Shown: piece by piece, positions 1 through 19,584 of the stretch
Layout of the letters: every line of letters starts with the position of its first letter
Position numbering within the stretch: the stretch's first letter is position 1
Assembly (NCBI RefSeq): GCF_009914755.1
Contig: NC_060934.1
Source: the human T2T-CHM13v2.0 reference genome, Homo sapiens
Strand: one strand, 5' to 3'
DNA: 64,000 nucleotides
Notes under the pieces: model-generated
The model's input: the letters and a program-made list of their open reading frames with translations, nothing else
What the model was told of the DNA's origin: nothing
Databases searched by the model: none
Made by a program: the position numbers and the translations under genes

Positions 1-388
1 AGACAAAGATGGAGGGAGAGAAAAATGGAACAAGGAAGGGAAGGCTGGTAAAATATTCCTCAAGAGTTATCCCCTAGAAAAGATGCAGGAGCTTAAGAGG
101 CCACTTGGACACTAACACTTTCATTGGTTGTTGCATAGAGGGGTTCCTTACTGCCCAGCCTACATAGGCAGCAAGAAGCAGAGATGCACATGTCAGTGGT
201 TGGAAGCCCAGAGAGCTTCCACCCCAGTGGTAAGATGAGAGGTTTCAGAAAGCCATGGACAGGGCCTGCCTCAAGTGACTCTTTTTTTCCAATCATATAT
301 ACTACAGTATTGATGATAAGTTTATAATAACTTGATATTATTACATTGATAATAACTTCAAGAAATCAAGGTCTTGAGAACTATTTAA

Positions 389-698
<310 letters not shown>

Positions 699-761
699 AA
701 AATTTTTTCTTTACATCAATAGAATTTTTTCTCCAAAACCATTCTCATTGTTTTTCTAATA

Positions 762-1200
762 AGTTTTTGTTTGTTACGTTTATAAAGTCTTGTGAGTACA
801 TAATAGGTATATATATATTTACGGGGTACATGAGATGTTTTGATACAGGCATGCAATGTCCACCTTATGGACCATGGGGTATCCATCCCATCAAGCATTT
901 ATCCTTTAAGTTACAAACAATCCAATTACACTCTTTAAGTTATTTTAAAATGTACAGTTGAGTTATTATTGACTATAATCATCCTATTGTGCTATCAAAC
1001 AGTAGGTCATATTTATTCTTTCTATTTTTTGTACCCATTAATGATTCCAATCTCCAACCCCTTTCGAGGCCCCACTACCCTTTCCAGACTCTGGTAACCA
1101 TGACATTCTACCCTCCGTGTCCATGAGTTCAATTATTCTGATTTTTAGATCCCACAAATAAATGAGAATATGTGATATTTCTCTTCCGGTGCTTGGCTCT
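762..1200 (-). mobile_element. L1MA-type 3' UTR fragment
   Basis: GGGGTACATGAGATGTTTTGATACAGGCATGCAATG...GATCCCACAAATAAATGAGAATATG resembles the L1MA1-3 3' end in reverse. Confidence 0.85.
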
Positions 1201-1474
1201 GAATGACCCAAAATACTTCTTTGTATTTGGTTGCAGTCAGTATGTCTATTTGCAGAAAGGCAAGTAGATGAATAGATTTCCATACAGGAGAGAGATAAAA
1301 ATAGATGCCAAGACAGAGGGGGGGCAATAGGGAACAGGTTGAGAGGCAAGACACAGATATAGACACACACAGATAGTGATACGTTTCCTCCCATTTTTCA
1401 AATTTACTCTGTTCTCTAACTTGGTATAGTAGAGATGGCAAGATCTTTAGAAAAACAACTGAGTTTGAATACAT

Positions 1475-1600
1475 TCTTGGGCAAATACTAATTGAAGATA
1501 ACTTACCAAACTTCTTTGAGCCTCTCACTATTTATGTAGGCAAGACAATAATAGCCATCTCAAAGAGTTATTGTGAGAATAAATATAAAACGCCTGAAAC
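1475..1600 (+). mobile_element. MIR fragment
   Basis: TTGGGCAAAT...TTTGAGCCTC...AATAATAGCCATCTCAAAGAGTTATTGTGAGAATAAAT, MIR core-like. Confidence 0.6.
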
Positions 1601-2144
1601 ATTGGAGCTACCCATTTCAATTCATCAAACCTGCATGGCATGCACCAAGGCACAAGTTCTACTGCAGCTCTCCCTCAGTACATTTTCGTAGTGGTAGTGG
1701 TGATGCTGATGACGACAATGTACTTCTCACTAAAGTGTACTAGATGTGACATCACTTTCACACCATTTGTCTTCACTTCCAGGTCTTGTATGGCCAATCT
1801 TCTCTCTGGCTTTTCAGGGGTACTTTTGTTTTACTGCTAACATAACAATATTATGATGAGAAACAGAACTTGCTGAAAGAAAATACACCTTCCATGGACA
1901 ATTACCTTCTTGGAGTCTGAATATTAAGAAATAGACAAGTGTGTTGTCTGGAGTGAGATTCACATATCTGGAACATCACTCTTGTTGCTAATATCACAAC
2001 TACTTCTCACTTTCCTAAAATGATAAGATTCCATACTTGCAGACTGACTGACATTTTATTTGGCCGTAAAATGGATTTCTGTCTGGTGATTTTTTTTCCT
2101 TTTTTACTGCATATTACTTTGTCTTTGGAAGTAAAAAGAATGTT

Positions 2145-3460
2145 TCTATTAATCAGTTTTTTGACATATACTATATATCAAGTAAAAAATCACTCATTTT
2201 AAATGTACAGTTTGATGAGTTTGGGCAAATGCACATAGTCATGTACCCTCCACCACAATAATAACATGGATTTTTTTTTTACCCCCAAAAATTCTCCCCT
2301 GCAGTCAGTAACTTTGTCCACACCAATTCCATTCACAGATCCACACTCTTGGTTTCATATAAAAATAATCTACAGTCTTTCCTGTCTGGCTTCTAACCCT
2401 TAGCATGCTTTTGAGATTCTTCCATGTTGCTTCATATACTATTGCATCATATGGACATACAAAAATTTGTTTATCCATGTACCAGTTGATAGAGAGTCTC
2501 TCCCAATACTTAGCTATAATGAATAAAGCTGTTAGGAGCATTTACATACAAGTATATATAGAGAGAAAGAGATGATTGCATTTCTATTGGGAAAATACAT
2601 TGCTGTGGAATAGAGTCATATGGTAAGTTTATATAAACCTTTATAAAAACTTTCAAACCATTTGCTGGCTGTGCCATTTTGGACTCCTACAAACTTGATA
2701 TAGTCATACTTTTAATTTTTATCCTTTCTAGTAGATGTGTAGTAATATCACATTGTGACTTTCATTTGCGTTTCCCTAATGACTCGTGATGGTGAAAGTC
2801 TCTAATGTGTTTATTTTCCATTTTTCTCTCTTCTTTAGAGAAGTGTCTTTTCAATTGTTTGCCCATTTTCATTGGATTATTTGGTTTCTTCTTTTTTGTG
2901 GGGGTACATTTCTTATTACTGAGTTGAAAATGTTCTCTCTATATTCAGAAAAAGGCCTTTGTCAGATATATCTTTTAAGGGGATTTTATTTTTCTACTCC
3001 ATTTTCTAAGTTTGAATTAAAGTGCAAAAGTATTTACTTTTGATACAGTCTAATTTATCATTTTATGATTCATTTTTTTCTACCCTATTTAAGAAATATT
3101 AGCCTATTCCAAAGAAGGTCACTACGATTTTGTCCTAGGTATTTTAAACATTTTAGGATTTTGGCCTCTATATTAGCCCTGTGTTCCATTTTAATTTTTG
3201 TGTATATTGTGAGCGAGAGTTAAGTTTTATATTTTTGAATATGGATATCCACTCAAATTGTTTCAGCACAACTTGCCAAAATGAATTACCTGTACAACTT
3301 TGTTGAAACAAACAAACAAACAAAAACATATGTAAGGATCTACTTCTGGACTCTATTCAATTCCATGGATTTATATGTCTAGGCCGATAACACTCTTGAT
3401 TACTGTAGCCTTATAGTGAGGCTAGAAATCAAGTAGTTAAGGTCCTGCAATTTTCTTTTC
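2145..3460 (-). mobile_element. Old L1M 3' region
   Basis: TTTTAAATGTACAGTTTGATGAGTTTGGGCAAATG 3'-end motif followed by degenerate ORF2 C-terminal sequence. Confidence 0.8.
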
Positions 3461-3639
3461 TTCTTGCCTTTTCTTTTTTTTTTTTTTTATTACTTAGATG
3501 CAGTTGCTTTTGCTAACATTTTGGCTTACTTATTTGTAGTTTTTTTCATGTAATAGCAACTTATTTCATAGTTGTGATCATACCTTTAAAAAATATTGTA
3601 AAATGTTCTTTTCAGTTAATAGTATTCACACTCCCAAGT

Positions 3640-6535
3640 TTCTTTTCTCGATTTTTATTTTAGATTCAGTGGGTACAGGTATAGGTTTGTTACCTGGGTA
3701 TATTGTGATATGCTGAGGTTTGGGGTATGAAACCTCATCGCCCAGGTACTGAGCATAGTAACCAATAGTTTTTCAACATTTGCCTCTTCCTCCTCTAGTA
3801 GTCCCCAGTGTCTATTATAACCATTTTTATGTCTATGAGTACCAGATGTTTAGCTCCCACTTGCAAGTGAGGACATGTGGTATTGGGTTTTCTGATCCTG
3901 CATTAATTTGCTTACAGTAATGGCCTCCAGCTACATCCATGTTGCTGCAATTGACATGATGATTTTAGTGGCTGTGTAGTATTCCATGGTGTATATGTGC
4001 CATATTTTCTTTATCCACTCCACCACTGATGGGCATCTAAGTTGATTCTATGTCTTTAATATTGTGAATAGAGCTGCAATAAACTGCAAGTGCATGTATC
4101 TTTTTTGATAAAATGATTTATTTTCTTTTGGTTATATGCCCAGTAATGGAATTGCTTGGTCAAATGGTAGTTCTATTTTAAGTTCTTTGAGAAATCTCTA
4201 ACCTGCTTTCCACAGTGGTTGAACTAATTTACACTCCCACCAACATATATGTGGTCCCTTTCTCTCCATAGCCTCACTGGCATCTGTTGTTTTTTGACTT
4301 TTTTAGTAATAGTCATTCTGAGTGCTGTAAGATGGCATCACATTGTGGTTTGGAAGTGCACTTCTCTGATGATTGGTGATGTGGAGCATTTTTTCGTATG
4401 TTTGTTGTTGTTTGTATGCCTCCTTTAGAGAAGTATCTGTTCACGTATTTTGCTCATTTTTAATGTGCTGTTTGTTTTTTGCTTGTAGATATGTATAAGT
4501 TCTTTATAGATTTTGGATATTAGACCTTTGTTGGATTCAGAGTTTGCAAATATTTTTACCCATTCTGCACGTTGTCTACTCTGTAGCACAGCATAAGAAA
4601 CTATCTTTCTTACGGATGCCATAAGAAATTGGATCCCACTTGTCAATTTTTGGTTTTGTTCCAATTGCTTTTGAAGACTTAGTCATAAATTATTTCCCAA
4701 TGCCGACGTCCACAATGGTGTTTCCTAGGTTTTCTACTAGGATTCTTACAGTTTGAGGTCTCACATTTAAATCTTTAGTCAATCTTTAGTAAATTTTTGT
4801 ATATAGTGAAAGCTAAGGTTCCAGTTTCATTCTTCTGTATATGGTTAGCCAGCTATTTCAGCACCGTCTATTGAACGTCCTTTCCCCATTGTTTTTTCTC
4901 TCATTTTTGGTCAATTGTGTCAAAAATCAGATGGTTATAGGTGTGCAGCATTACTTCTGAGCTCACTATTTGGTTCCATCACCTGTTTTTGTATGAGTGC
5001 CATGCTGTTTTAGTTAATGTAGTCTTGTAGTATAGTTTGAAGTTAGGTAATGTAATGCCTCTGGTTTTGATCCTTTTGTTTAGGATTGCTTGGCTATTCA
5101 GGCTCTTTTTTGGTTGAATATGAATTTTAGAACAGCTTTTTCCAGTTTTGTGAAAAATGATGTTGGTAGTTTGATAGGAATAGTGTTAAATCTGTGGATT
5201 GCTTTAGCCAGTATGGCCATTTTGATGATATTGATTCTTTCAAACCATAAGCATGGAATGTTTCTCCCCATTTGTTTGCCACATTTATGATTTCTTTTAG
5301 CAGTGTGTTTTAGTTTACCTTATAGAGATCTTTTACCTCCTTGGTTAGTTATATTTGTAGGTATTTTTGTGGCTATTGCAAATGGGATAATGTTTTTGTT
5401 TGGTCCTTAGCTTGAACGTTAATGGTGTGTAGAAATGCTCCTGAGTTCTGTGCATACTTTGTATATCCTGAAACTTTACTGAAGTCATTTGTCAGTCCCA
5501 GAATCCCTTCTGGCAGCCTAAAAGGGCTTTCTAGGTTTAGAATCATATCATCCACAAAGAGAGATAGTTTAATTTCTTCTTTTTCTATCTGGATGTCTTT
5601 TATTTCTTCCTTTTGCCTGATTGCTCTAGCTAGCACTTCCAGTACTACGTTTAATAGGAGTTGTGAGAGAGAGCATCCTTGTGCCAGTTTTCAAGGGGAA
5701 TGCTTCTGGTTTCTGCCCATTCAGTATGCTGTTTGCTGTGGATTTGTCATGGATGGCTCTTGTTATTTTGAGATATGTTCCTTCAATGCCATTTCTCTAG
5801 GGTTTTTATCACGAAGCAATGTTGAATTTTATTGAAAGCTCTTTCTGCCTCTATTGAGATGATTGTAAGATTTTTGTTTTTAATTCTGATTATGTGGGGA
5901 ACCACATTTATTGATTTGCATATGTTGAATCATCCCAGAAATAAAGCCTACTTGATCATGGTGAATTAACTTTTTGACATGTTGTCAAATTTGATTTGCT
6001 AGTATTTTGTTGAGGATTCTTGTGTCTATGTTCATCAAAGATGAACTGTAGTTGGCCTGTAGTTTTCTTTTCTCCTTGTGCCTTTTCCAGGTTTTGGTAC
6101 CACGGGGAGGCTGGCTTCATAGAATGTGTTAGGGAGGAATTCCTCCTCCTTGATTTTTTAGAATAGTTTCCATAGATTTGGTGCCAGGTCTTCTTTGCAC
6201 ATCTGGCAGAATTCAACTGTGAATTCATCTGAAACACGGCTTTTTCTGGTTGCTAGATTTTTTATTACTGATTCAATTTTAAAACTTGATGTTGATCTTT
6301 TCAGTTTTTCAATTTACTTCCTGTTCAATCTTGGGGAATTGTGTGTTTCCAGGATCTTATCCATTTCTTCTAGATTTCTAGTTTGTGTGTGTAGAGGTGT
6401 TCATAATAGCCTCTGAGGTTATTTTGTATTTCTGTGTGATCAGTTGTAATGTTTTTCTGTGGGATCAGAAACAATCACTTTTGTTGCTTCTGATGGAGAT
6501 TATTTGGATCTTCTCTCCTTTTTATTTGTTTTTCT
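3640..6535 (-). mobile_element. L1PB/old L1PA, 3' UTR plus ORF2 (5'-truncated)
   Basis: 3' UTR GGGTACAGGTATAGGTTTGTTACCTGGG; minus-strand ORF 5373-5636 reads LARAIRQ...[11 protein letters not shown] (L1 RT motif). Confidence 0.93.
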
Positions 6536-6547
6536 AATAGACTCATT

Positions 6548-7010
6548 ATTTTTTCTTTTATTTTTAGTTGACACATAATAATTTATGCATTTATGGGATT
6601 GCAGAGGGATTTTTCCATACAAATACACAATGAATAATAATGCAAACAGAGTTATAAGCATATTGTTCACCTCAAACATTTGTCATTTATTTGTGTTGAG
6701 AACATTCAAAATTCTCTCTTCTATTTTCTGAATATATGAAATAAATTATTAACTATATGCATGCTAGTGCTATGGAGCACTAGAGTTGATTCCTCCTATC
6801 TAGTTGCAAATCCGTACTTGTTAGCCAACGTCTTCTTCTACACTATTTCTTCCCAGCATACAATTCTACTCTCTACTTCTATGAGCGCAACCTTTTTTAT
6901 CTTCCACATATGAGAACACACAGTACTTATCTTTGTGTACATGACTTATTTCATTTAACACAATTTCCTCCAGTTTCCTCCATTTTACCATGAATACTAG
7001 AATTTCATTC
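6548..7010 (-). mobile_element. L1MA-type 3' UTR fragment
   Basis: TTGACACATAATA...CACCTCAAACATTTGTCATTTATTTGTGTTGAGAACATTCAAAAT. Confidence 0.8.
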
Positions 7011-7011
7011 T

Positions 7012-11770
<4,759 letters not shown>

Positions 11771-13184
11771 CTATTGAAGTCTCAAATTTTTAATCACCAT
11801 GCTTATATAATGCATATCACATTTTCTGATTTCAAATAATAACTCTAGCTTATAGAACTCAAGGAAGTGAGAAGAACACCAGATAGAGAGTTCAGGAACC
11901 TGTGTGATACACAGGATAAGAGACAATAAACAATAAGAGACAGTGCAGAGAGACTATACACAATCTGAGGGTAGGAGAAGTGAATTAAACTGTACTTGCT
12001 CCTTCCTGGAGCATAAATATTGCTTTATTGACTTACTGATTTTATAAATCACAAGCCACCCTCCTCCCCTATTTCCATGTTTTTCCTGTACCTTTACGTT
12101 TAACAAGGAGAGCTAGAAAACTCTAAGGCTAAAGAATTTCTGTGCTCCAAGGAAGCCTGTTTTCTGCTTCATAGCTTTGTACGTGACTTGCTAACCTGAT
12201 ATCTGCTCTATAGATAAAATGTATTATTTTTTTCTTGCACCAATAACCTAAATTATGCTTTTCTTAATGGAAACAAAATTATAAAGAAAATTGGAGATAC
12301 TAGACAGTTTCCCATTGCTATCCTTTTGAGAAAACTGTGTGACCTTTTCTCAGACCTCAGAGCAAAACATCTCGCTTTGGCAGGATTTTCTGGCTGTGTC
12401 TGGTGCCTGTTCACAGAGAAGTTTATGTACAGAGCTTGACACATGACCAGATCTACCCATGCATAACTTTCCTTGTTGTTACATTCTGTTTGCATTATGA
12501 ATTAATTTGCTTCCACAATGTAAGGTGTAGATACCAATTTGCAATATCCCTGGGGATGTTATTTTGTATCCCAGTTTAGTCTCACTTCAAGTATTTATGA
12601 TTGAGTGACCAACTTTTCTTTTCTGGCTCAAAGAATTTAAATCACAAGGAAGAAGGTAAACAAGCCACTTGCAATTCTTGGCACATACTGTTTTATTCTT
12701 ATAAACAATTTCCATTCCTATTCATTGACCTCTGTGCCTCGCAAGAGTTTTCATGTATGTGGATTATTACAGAAGCTACTATGAACAGAAGTGACCAGAA
12801 CAATTTCCTGAGGTTGGTTATCTGGATGATAACCAACTCATGAAATAGGGTGATAGGAAAGGGTAAACATTCTAAGATGTTTTGTATGATATAAAGCCAT
12901 AGCAAAGAGTTGGGGAAATAGAGGGGGAATTCTAAATCAAAATGGGTTCACAGTGAAGGCTGAGGACCCATGGCCTCTGGAGGGTTGCCACATATGCCTC
13001 TGCATATTTACTGTTTAAGAGCTCATTGCTGAGGATGAATAGGGGCTGGAATCTATTCCCATTCCCTTTAACAATCCCTGAACCCATGACACTGAGTCAA
13101 GCTGGAGGAAGAGCCTTTTCTTAACTTACAAAAAGGCAATTCCTAACTTAATCGTGAATTTGTTAAAGTATAAGAAAGGCTTTT

Positions 13185-13720
13185 TAAGTGAGAGAGGAAA
13201 AACACAACACTTTAACTTTCTTAAGCAGAAAAGGAAATTTGTTGAAGAATAACAGAAATATATCATGAAACCAAGGGCAGGATAATGACTGGATCTCAGA
13301 AACCTGGGATCTAGCAGGATGCTCTCCTCTGTCTCTCTTCCTCTGTTTCTCTCTGTGTGTCTCTGTTTCTCTCTGTGTGTCAGCCTCGTTTTTTTCTCTT
13401 ACTGCAGAGAAGCTTGCTCCGTCTGGCCGAGAATGACTGCCAAGAGCTCCTGAGGTTTAGATCTTACAGCTTTGGTACAGAGGAACACTGGCCTAACATT
13501 CTTCCTGTTTCCAAGTCCAAATTCCTGGGCAAGAGACTTATTGATCCAGTGTGGTACCCACTCTTGGACTGACCAATTGTGGCTGCGGTTGGGGGCAGGG
13601 TTATATTTTTAAAAGATAATTATTTAGAAACCATCTATAGGAAGCAGTTAGCTGGGGGTGTGAGGAGAAAATGTCTTCCAGAAGAACAGGAATGCCTTTT
13701 CTTCTCACAGTCAGATACAA
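13185..13720. mobile_element. Ancient ERVL LTR (LTR33-like)
   Basis: TTAAGCAGAAAAGGAAATTTGTTG...AAATTCCTGGGCAAGAGACTTATTG...GACCAATTGTGGCTG resemble LTR33-family motifs. Confidence 0.55.
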
Positions 13721-16249
13721 AAATAAATGTACATTAAAATTACATACAAAGGGATGTCCCCAATTGATTATATAATAAAATGTGCCTCCTGAAAAAGCAA
13801 AGTCAAAAAAGAAATGTCATCCTATAAACATTGGGCCCAAAACAGCAATTATGTTCCTATGGCCACATATCTCAAACCTCAATCTGAACAACTTTTCTTC
13901 CACATTTAATCCTATTAAATCCCTACTAATCCCATAAGTTTGCTGAATGTCCCTTTCTTCCAAAATGCCATCCCCAAGTATTATATGCTTCAGTGACTTA
14001 TTTCTTGTTTTCACTGACAATTTGATTCATATGTGTATCCCTTGGTCAGCTCCTGCATTTATTGGCTAATTATTGTATGCATACAGCTCGTCTCCTCTTC
14101 TGGATTTTCAGCATCTTAAATATTTTATAACAATTATGGCCCATAGCTCTAATTATTAAAGATTGTCTTTCTTCTATTCCATGCACCTTGCAGCATGAAG
14201 CTGAATGTAGCCTTAGTAATTGTGTTTGGGTTCAGACCTTGGGAAGATGGGATTTAGCATTATTTATTCAAAGCATACCCATAGCCCCATAGCAAGCAGA
14301 TCAAATAAGTGGGAGGGTTACTGATTGTTTCCAGACACATGCACTGAATAATACACTAAGAAAAAAATCTCAAGACACCAAATAATATGTGAAGGAAAGA
14401 CTTCAAATGTTTGTAAAATATGCGACACCACTTGGTGCCCCATAAAATGCTATACTGATAATCAACTAGGAATGAGGACACAATTTCCCCATTTGGTTTT
14501 TTTTGTTTTTTGTTTTTTGTTTCTGCCTAAAGAAGTGCCAAAGAAAAAGGAAGTTTAGAAGATTTACAAAAGGGAACATTCTTGCTATAAGACTATAGAA
14601 ATTTGTGATGATTCAACCCAGATTTGCAAATCTAAGACTTGGGAACTAAGGTGTGGAAAATGAAAAGCATAAGACACGAATTTGCATTAACTAAATGACC
14701 ATCATTTTGATTTTGTGAAAAGGAAAAATAAATGAAACACGTTTAAAAGGCACAATAACTCAAATCTGATTAACTAAATGTTATAGGAAAATACTCCAAT
14801 AAGAGCACCTTGTTTAGTAAACTCAGTGTGAAGATTTTACATTAGCATATTTAGTGTTAGGATGTAAAAAAAAAAAAAGCCCCAGAGTGACTAAAAATAG
14901 ACTTTAAAAATAAGAGATATTTCCTCTGTAATATTTGTTTAAATTTTAAAAATTTTATTATCATGCTGTTTTCTCATATTTGTGCAGTGTAACACAGTTT
15001 AACAGTACATTCTCATGTAGACATTATGTGTGACTTTTCACCCTTTTCACAGGGAAAAAAGTGAGACTTAAAAAGATTTCTTGACTTGCCAAAGGCAGAG
15101 CAGATAACTAATCTGAATTGTACAGCTTCCAAGTCAATGAAGCCTGAATAAATATAATTTTACTTTGTTTTGTTTTTTACTTTTTTTCTGAAGGGCATAT
15201 ATACCCATAAGGCAAAGATTTAAAAAAACAAAAAGAGAAAACATTCTCACCTCTGTGTTAATTCCCTAAACTCTTACAGATGATATTTATGAAGGATTTG
15301 GGTGAAAGAGGATGGGAAAGAGGGGAAGTCCATCACTGCTGATTCTGGCTGAATTCAGCTGCAGTGTAAAATTTATTATTTATTTTATTGTTTTTGCTCT
15401 TTCAATTCAAAAGAAATTATGTATATGTGTATGTATGTGTATATGTATATATATTTTTTCATTTCAATAATGTGGTGATATTTCTTCCATGTCTATCTGG
15501 CAAGGGCAGATAATTGAAACCAAACTGATCTTTTCAAGTTTCCCTCAGAATCTTCTCTCCTTCCTATCTCTTTTGACTGCTCCTGCAAAAAGATGTTTCA
15601 GAGAAAATTAGATTCACTGTTTGCATAAACCAATGCACTTAGCTGGTAGCTCTGGAAGTCCAATTAACTGTTCTAACAATATGGGTGAAATGAGGTTGTA
15701 GTTACGTTTGTAGCCAATTAGATTTGTTTTGATTGAACACACCCTCTTGTAATTTTTTTTAAAGTTAAGAAAACATAGCACTAAAAACGTATTTCATACA
15801 ATGGGAGAGGACACTTGGGGGAAAAAGAGAAGAAAAATAGCTAGATTATAATAAAATAATAAAATAAAAACATAATATAATACATAAATAGTAATAAATA
15901 ATATAATAAATATGTGATATAATATAATCCATTATCTATTTATGTGTAAGCATAAAGAAAAGACTTACTTGCACAAATTTTAAAAGCTGCACATAATACA
16001 CTTTGAAGACATCTTTATTATGACTATCAATATTATCACTACTTCATTATAAAAAATAATATTATCGATGTCAGAGAAAATAGCAAAAGTCAAAGGAACA
16101 CAGAGCTGAGAATCAATAGATTGCTAGTCTAGCTCTGGGCTCAGTGAGTCACAACCTCTCCCAACTTATTTTTCTTTGCTGCTCTCAAACAGCTTACAAT
16201 ATATTTGGCAAAACAAAGTAATTCATTTAAAAGAAAAAAATAAATAAAA

Positions 16250-16440
16250 TGTGCTAGGTACTAACTTGCTGATTGTCATAACAACCCAAAGAGGTAGGTA
16301 TTATTATCTCAATTCTACTCACAAGAAAACTGAGGCAAAGAGAAATTTGGAAACTTTACAAGGCCTCTCTGTTGGTTAATTATCAGAGCCAGGTTTCAAG
16401 CCCAGCCAGCTTCAGATCATGTGCACTTAACTACTACTGC
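16250..16440 (-). mobile_element. MIR
   Basis: AACAACCCAAAGAGGTAGGTATTATTATCTC...AAGAAAACTGAGGCAAAGAG...CAGAGCCAGGTTTCAAGCCCAG. Confidence 0.85.
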
Positions 16441-16449
16441 ATGATATGA

Positions 16450-16730
16450 TGTCAGAATGCAATGAGTTCAAAGGGAAAGGTAGGATAATTACACACCAAG
16501 AATAGTTGAGCATTGGAGCAACAAGAGAGGGTCCCACATCCTAAGATGGTGAGGCAAATCTTGAAGGATGAAGAGTGTTGGATGGACAGCGGAATGGATG
16601 ATAGCAGTAGAAAGAGGAAATTCAGCATGAAGGCAGCAGCAGGTATGGGTAGCAGGAGGGAAGAACCCAGGGGAAATGCAGTGAGAGATGAGGCTGGACA
16701 ATGGACAGGTCAATTGTGGAGAACTTTGGC
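16450..16730 (-). mobile_element. L2 fragment
   Basis: Purine-rich GAAGGATGAAGAG...GTGAGAGATGAGGCTGGA motifs typical of antisense L2. Confidence 0.5.
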
Positions 16731-17589
16731 TACCAGCTCAGCAGCCTTCAAAGCTCCCCAAATGGACAGCTCTGTTTACCTGGCCCTGTATAGGTTAGTC
16801 TCTACAGTTGAGCTTGGCTTCTTCCATAAAGTGATGCTTGCAAAGCAAGCAAGGATTTGGACTGCAACTGCCTTATCCTGAAAACCCCAATCAGGGCTCG
16901 AGCTGGCCCAAAGGAAGCCTTTGTACCAATTAGACAGAAGGGCTCTCTCCAGATGAGCACAGGGCTTAGAGAGCAGAGCATGTCTTTGTGTGATGTAGAG
17001 GAGTGCCCAGGTAGACACAGCCCCATGTGTAGAGCTTGATGGATTCGACACAAGCTGATCTCAGCCCTAAGGGCACTCTCAAGCAGGAGCACACAAACTG
17101 CTCAAAACTATATACATCAGCCCCAATTTCAACAGATGCCCACGTCCTCTGAAATCATCCTTAAAATTTGCAAAAGTTTATATATATAATTTTATGTAAT
17201 TATGAATATTGATTATACTCAAATGTGGCAATAATCACTTTTAATGCTTATTTGGGAAAAGAAAGTTGTAAATATTTGAAAAACAATTACCTATGTAATA
17301 TGGCAAAATTCAGTGATTCCAGCTATAGTAATCAATATTAAAGATTTTTTTTTACTTCAGAAATGTTTACACAAAGACTTTTTTTCTCTAATATACCATG
17401 TAGTTTATATTGGAATAAAATTAGAAGGTAACTTGGGGCACATCATTAGTAGATTATAAAGCAGTGATTCCATTGTTTATATTTTATGTTCCTAATTCCA
17501 TGGGGAAAATATTTATATTAGAATTTTTCTCTTCTTCTAAGAACAAAATTCTATGTATACTATTATAATATGATTTAAATGGGTAGAAG

Positions 17590-17775
17590 GAAATTTTTTC
17601 AGATGATCAGTGTGTTCTAAAACTGGATGTGGTGATTGTTGCACAACTGTATAAATCTAAGAAAATGCAATTTTCTTAAATTGAACTCTAAATTTCTTAA
17701 ATTGAACTCCACACATATTATATTTATGGTATGTAATTTGTACCTCGATAAAGCTGTTTCTATAAAAAAATTAAA
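17590..17775 (+). mobile_element. L1M extreme 3' end
   Basis: GTTCTAAAACTGGATGTGGTGATTGTTGCACAAC...TATGGTATGTAATTTGTACCTCGATAAAGCTG followed by an A-rich run. Confidence 0.8.
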
Positions 17776-17894
17776 ACTGATGGCTTTTGGTGAATATACT
17801 ATAAGTTCTTTGAATTTAATTATACTTTTCAAGATTCTCCTAGTTTTTTTAACAGAAGTATGTATTACCTACATAATTTAAAAAATGATTTCAA

Positions 17895-18030
17895 CTCAGC
17901 TCAGTTCAACATATACTTTTATCTAGCACACATTCTTTGTTTAGCATTGTCATAGAATCTAGAGTTGTACAAAGTAAAAACATAACATCTGGTCCCTTCC
18001 TTAAGGAGTTTTCAGTGGAGTGAGAGTATC
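17895..18030 (-). mobile_element. L2 3' fragment
   Basis: TTCAACATATACT...CTGGTCCCTTCCTTAAGGAGTTTTCAGTGGAGTG, L2 3'-end-like. Confidence 0.55.
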
Positions 18031-18129
18031 AAAAATGTAAACAGTATTGTATTCTAGACATAGAATCATGTCATCTGCAAACAGCAATAGTTTGACTTTC
18101 TCTCTTCCTATTTGGATGCACTTTATTTA

Positions 18130-18685
<556 letters not shown>

Positions 18686-18977
18686 TTGTTTTTCTTTTTA
18701 GACAAGGTCTTGATATATCGTCCAGGCTAGAGTACAATGGCATAATCATGGCTCACTGCAGCCTTGACCTCCCAGGCTCAATGAATCCTCCTGCCTCAGC
18801 CTCCTGAGTAGCTGGGAATACAGGTGCGCACTGCCACACCTGGCTAGTTTTTGTATTTTGTAGACATGGGTTTTTTTCCTGTTGCCCAGCTGGTCTAAAA
18901 CTCCTGAGGCTCAAGCAATCTACCGACCTCGGCTTTCCAAAGTATTGGGATTACAGGCATGAGCCACCATGCCCAAC
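18686..18977 (-). mobile_element. AluJ
   Basis: CATGGCTCACTGCAGCCTTGACCTCC and GGCTCAAGCAATC J-type motifs; AGAGTTTT flanks the Alu pair as TSD. Confidence 0.93.
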
Positions 18978-19584
18978 AGAGAGTTTTTACCATGAAGTGA
19001 TGTTGAATTTATTGAAAGCCTTTTCTTCATCTATTGAGATAATCATTTGGTTTTTGTCCTTAGTTCTGTCTATGTGTTGAATCACACTTATTGAATTGTG
19101 TATGTTGAACCAACCTTGCATCCCAGGGGTAAAGCCTACTTGATCATGGTGGATTAGCTTTTTTGATGTGCTACTGAATTCAGTTTGCAAGTATTTTGTG
19201 AGGATTTTTTCATCAATATTCATTAAGGTTATGGGCTTGATGTTTCTAGTTGTGGTTGTGTTTCTGCCAGGATTTGGTATCAGAATGATGCTGGCCTCCT
19301 AGAATGAGTTAAGGAGGAGTCCCTCTTCCTCAATTTTTTGAAATTGTTTCAGTAAGAATGGTACCAACTCTTCTTTGTACATCTGGTAGAATTCCGCTAT
19401 GAATCTACCTGGTCCTGGGTTTTTTTTTTTTTTTTTTTTTTTTTTGGTTGGTAGCCTATTTACTACTGATTAAATTTCAGAGCTCATTACTGATTTGTTC
19501 AGGGAATCCATTTCTTCCTGGTTCAGTCTTGGGAGGGTGTGTGTGTCCAGGAATTTTCCATCTCTTCTAGGTTTTCTAGTTTGT

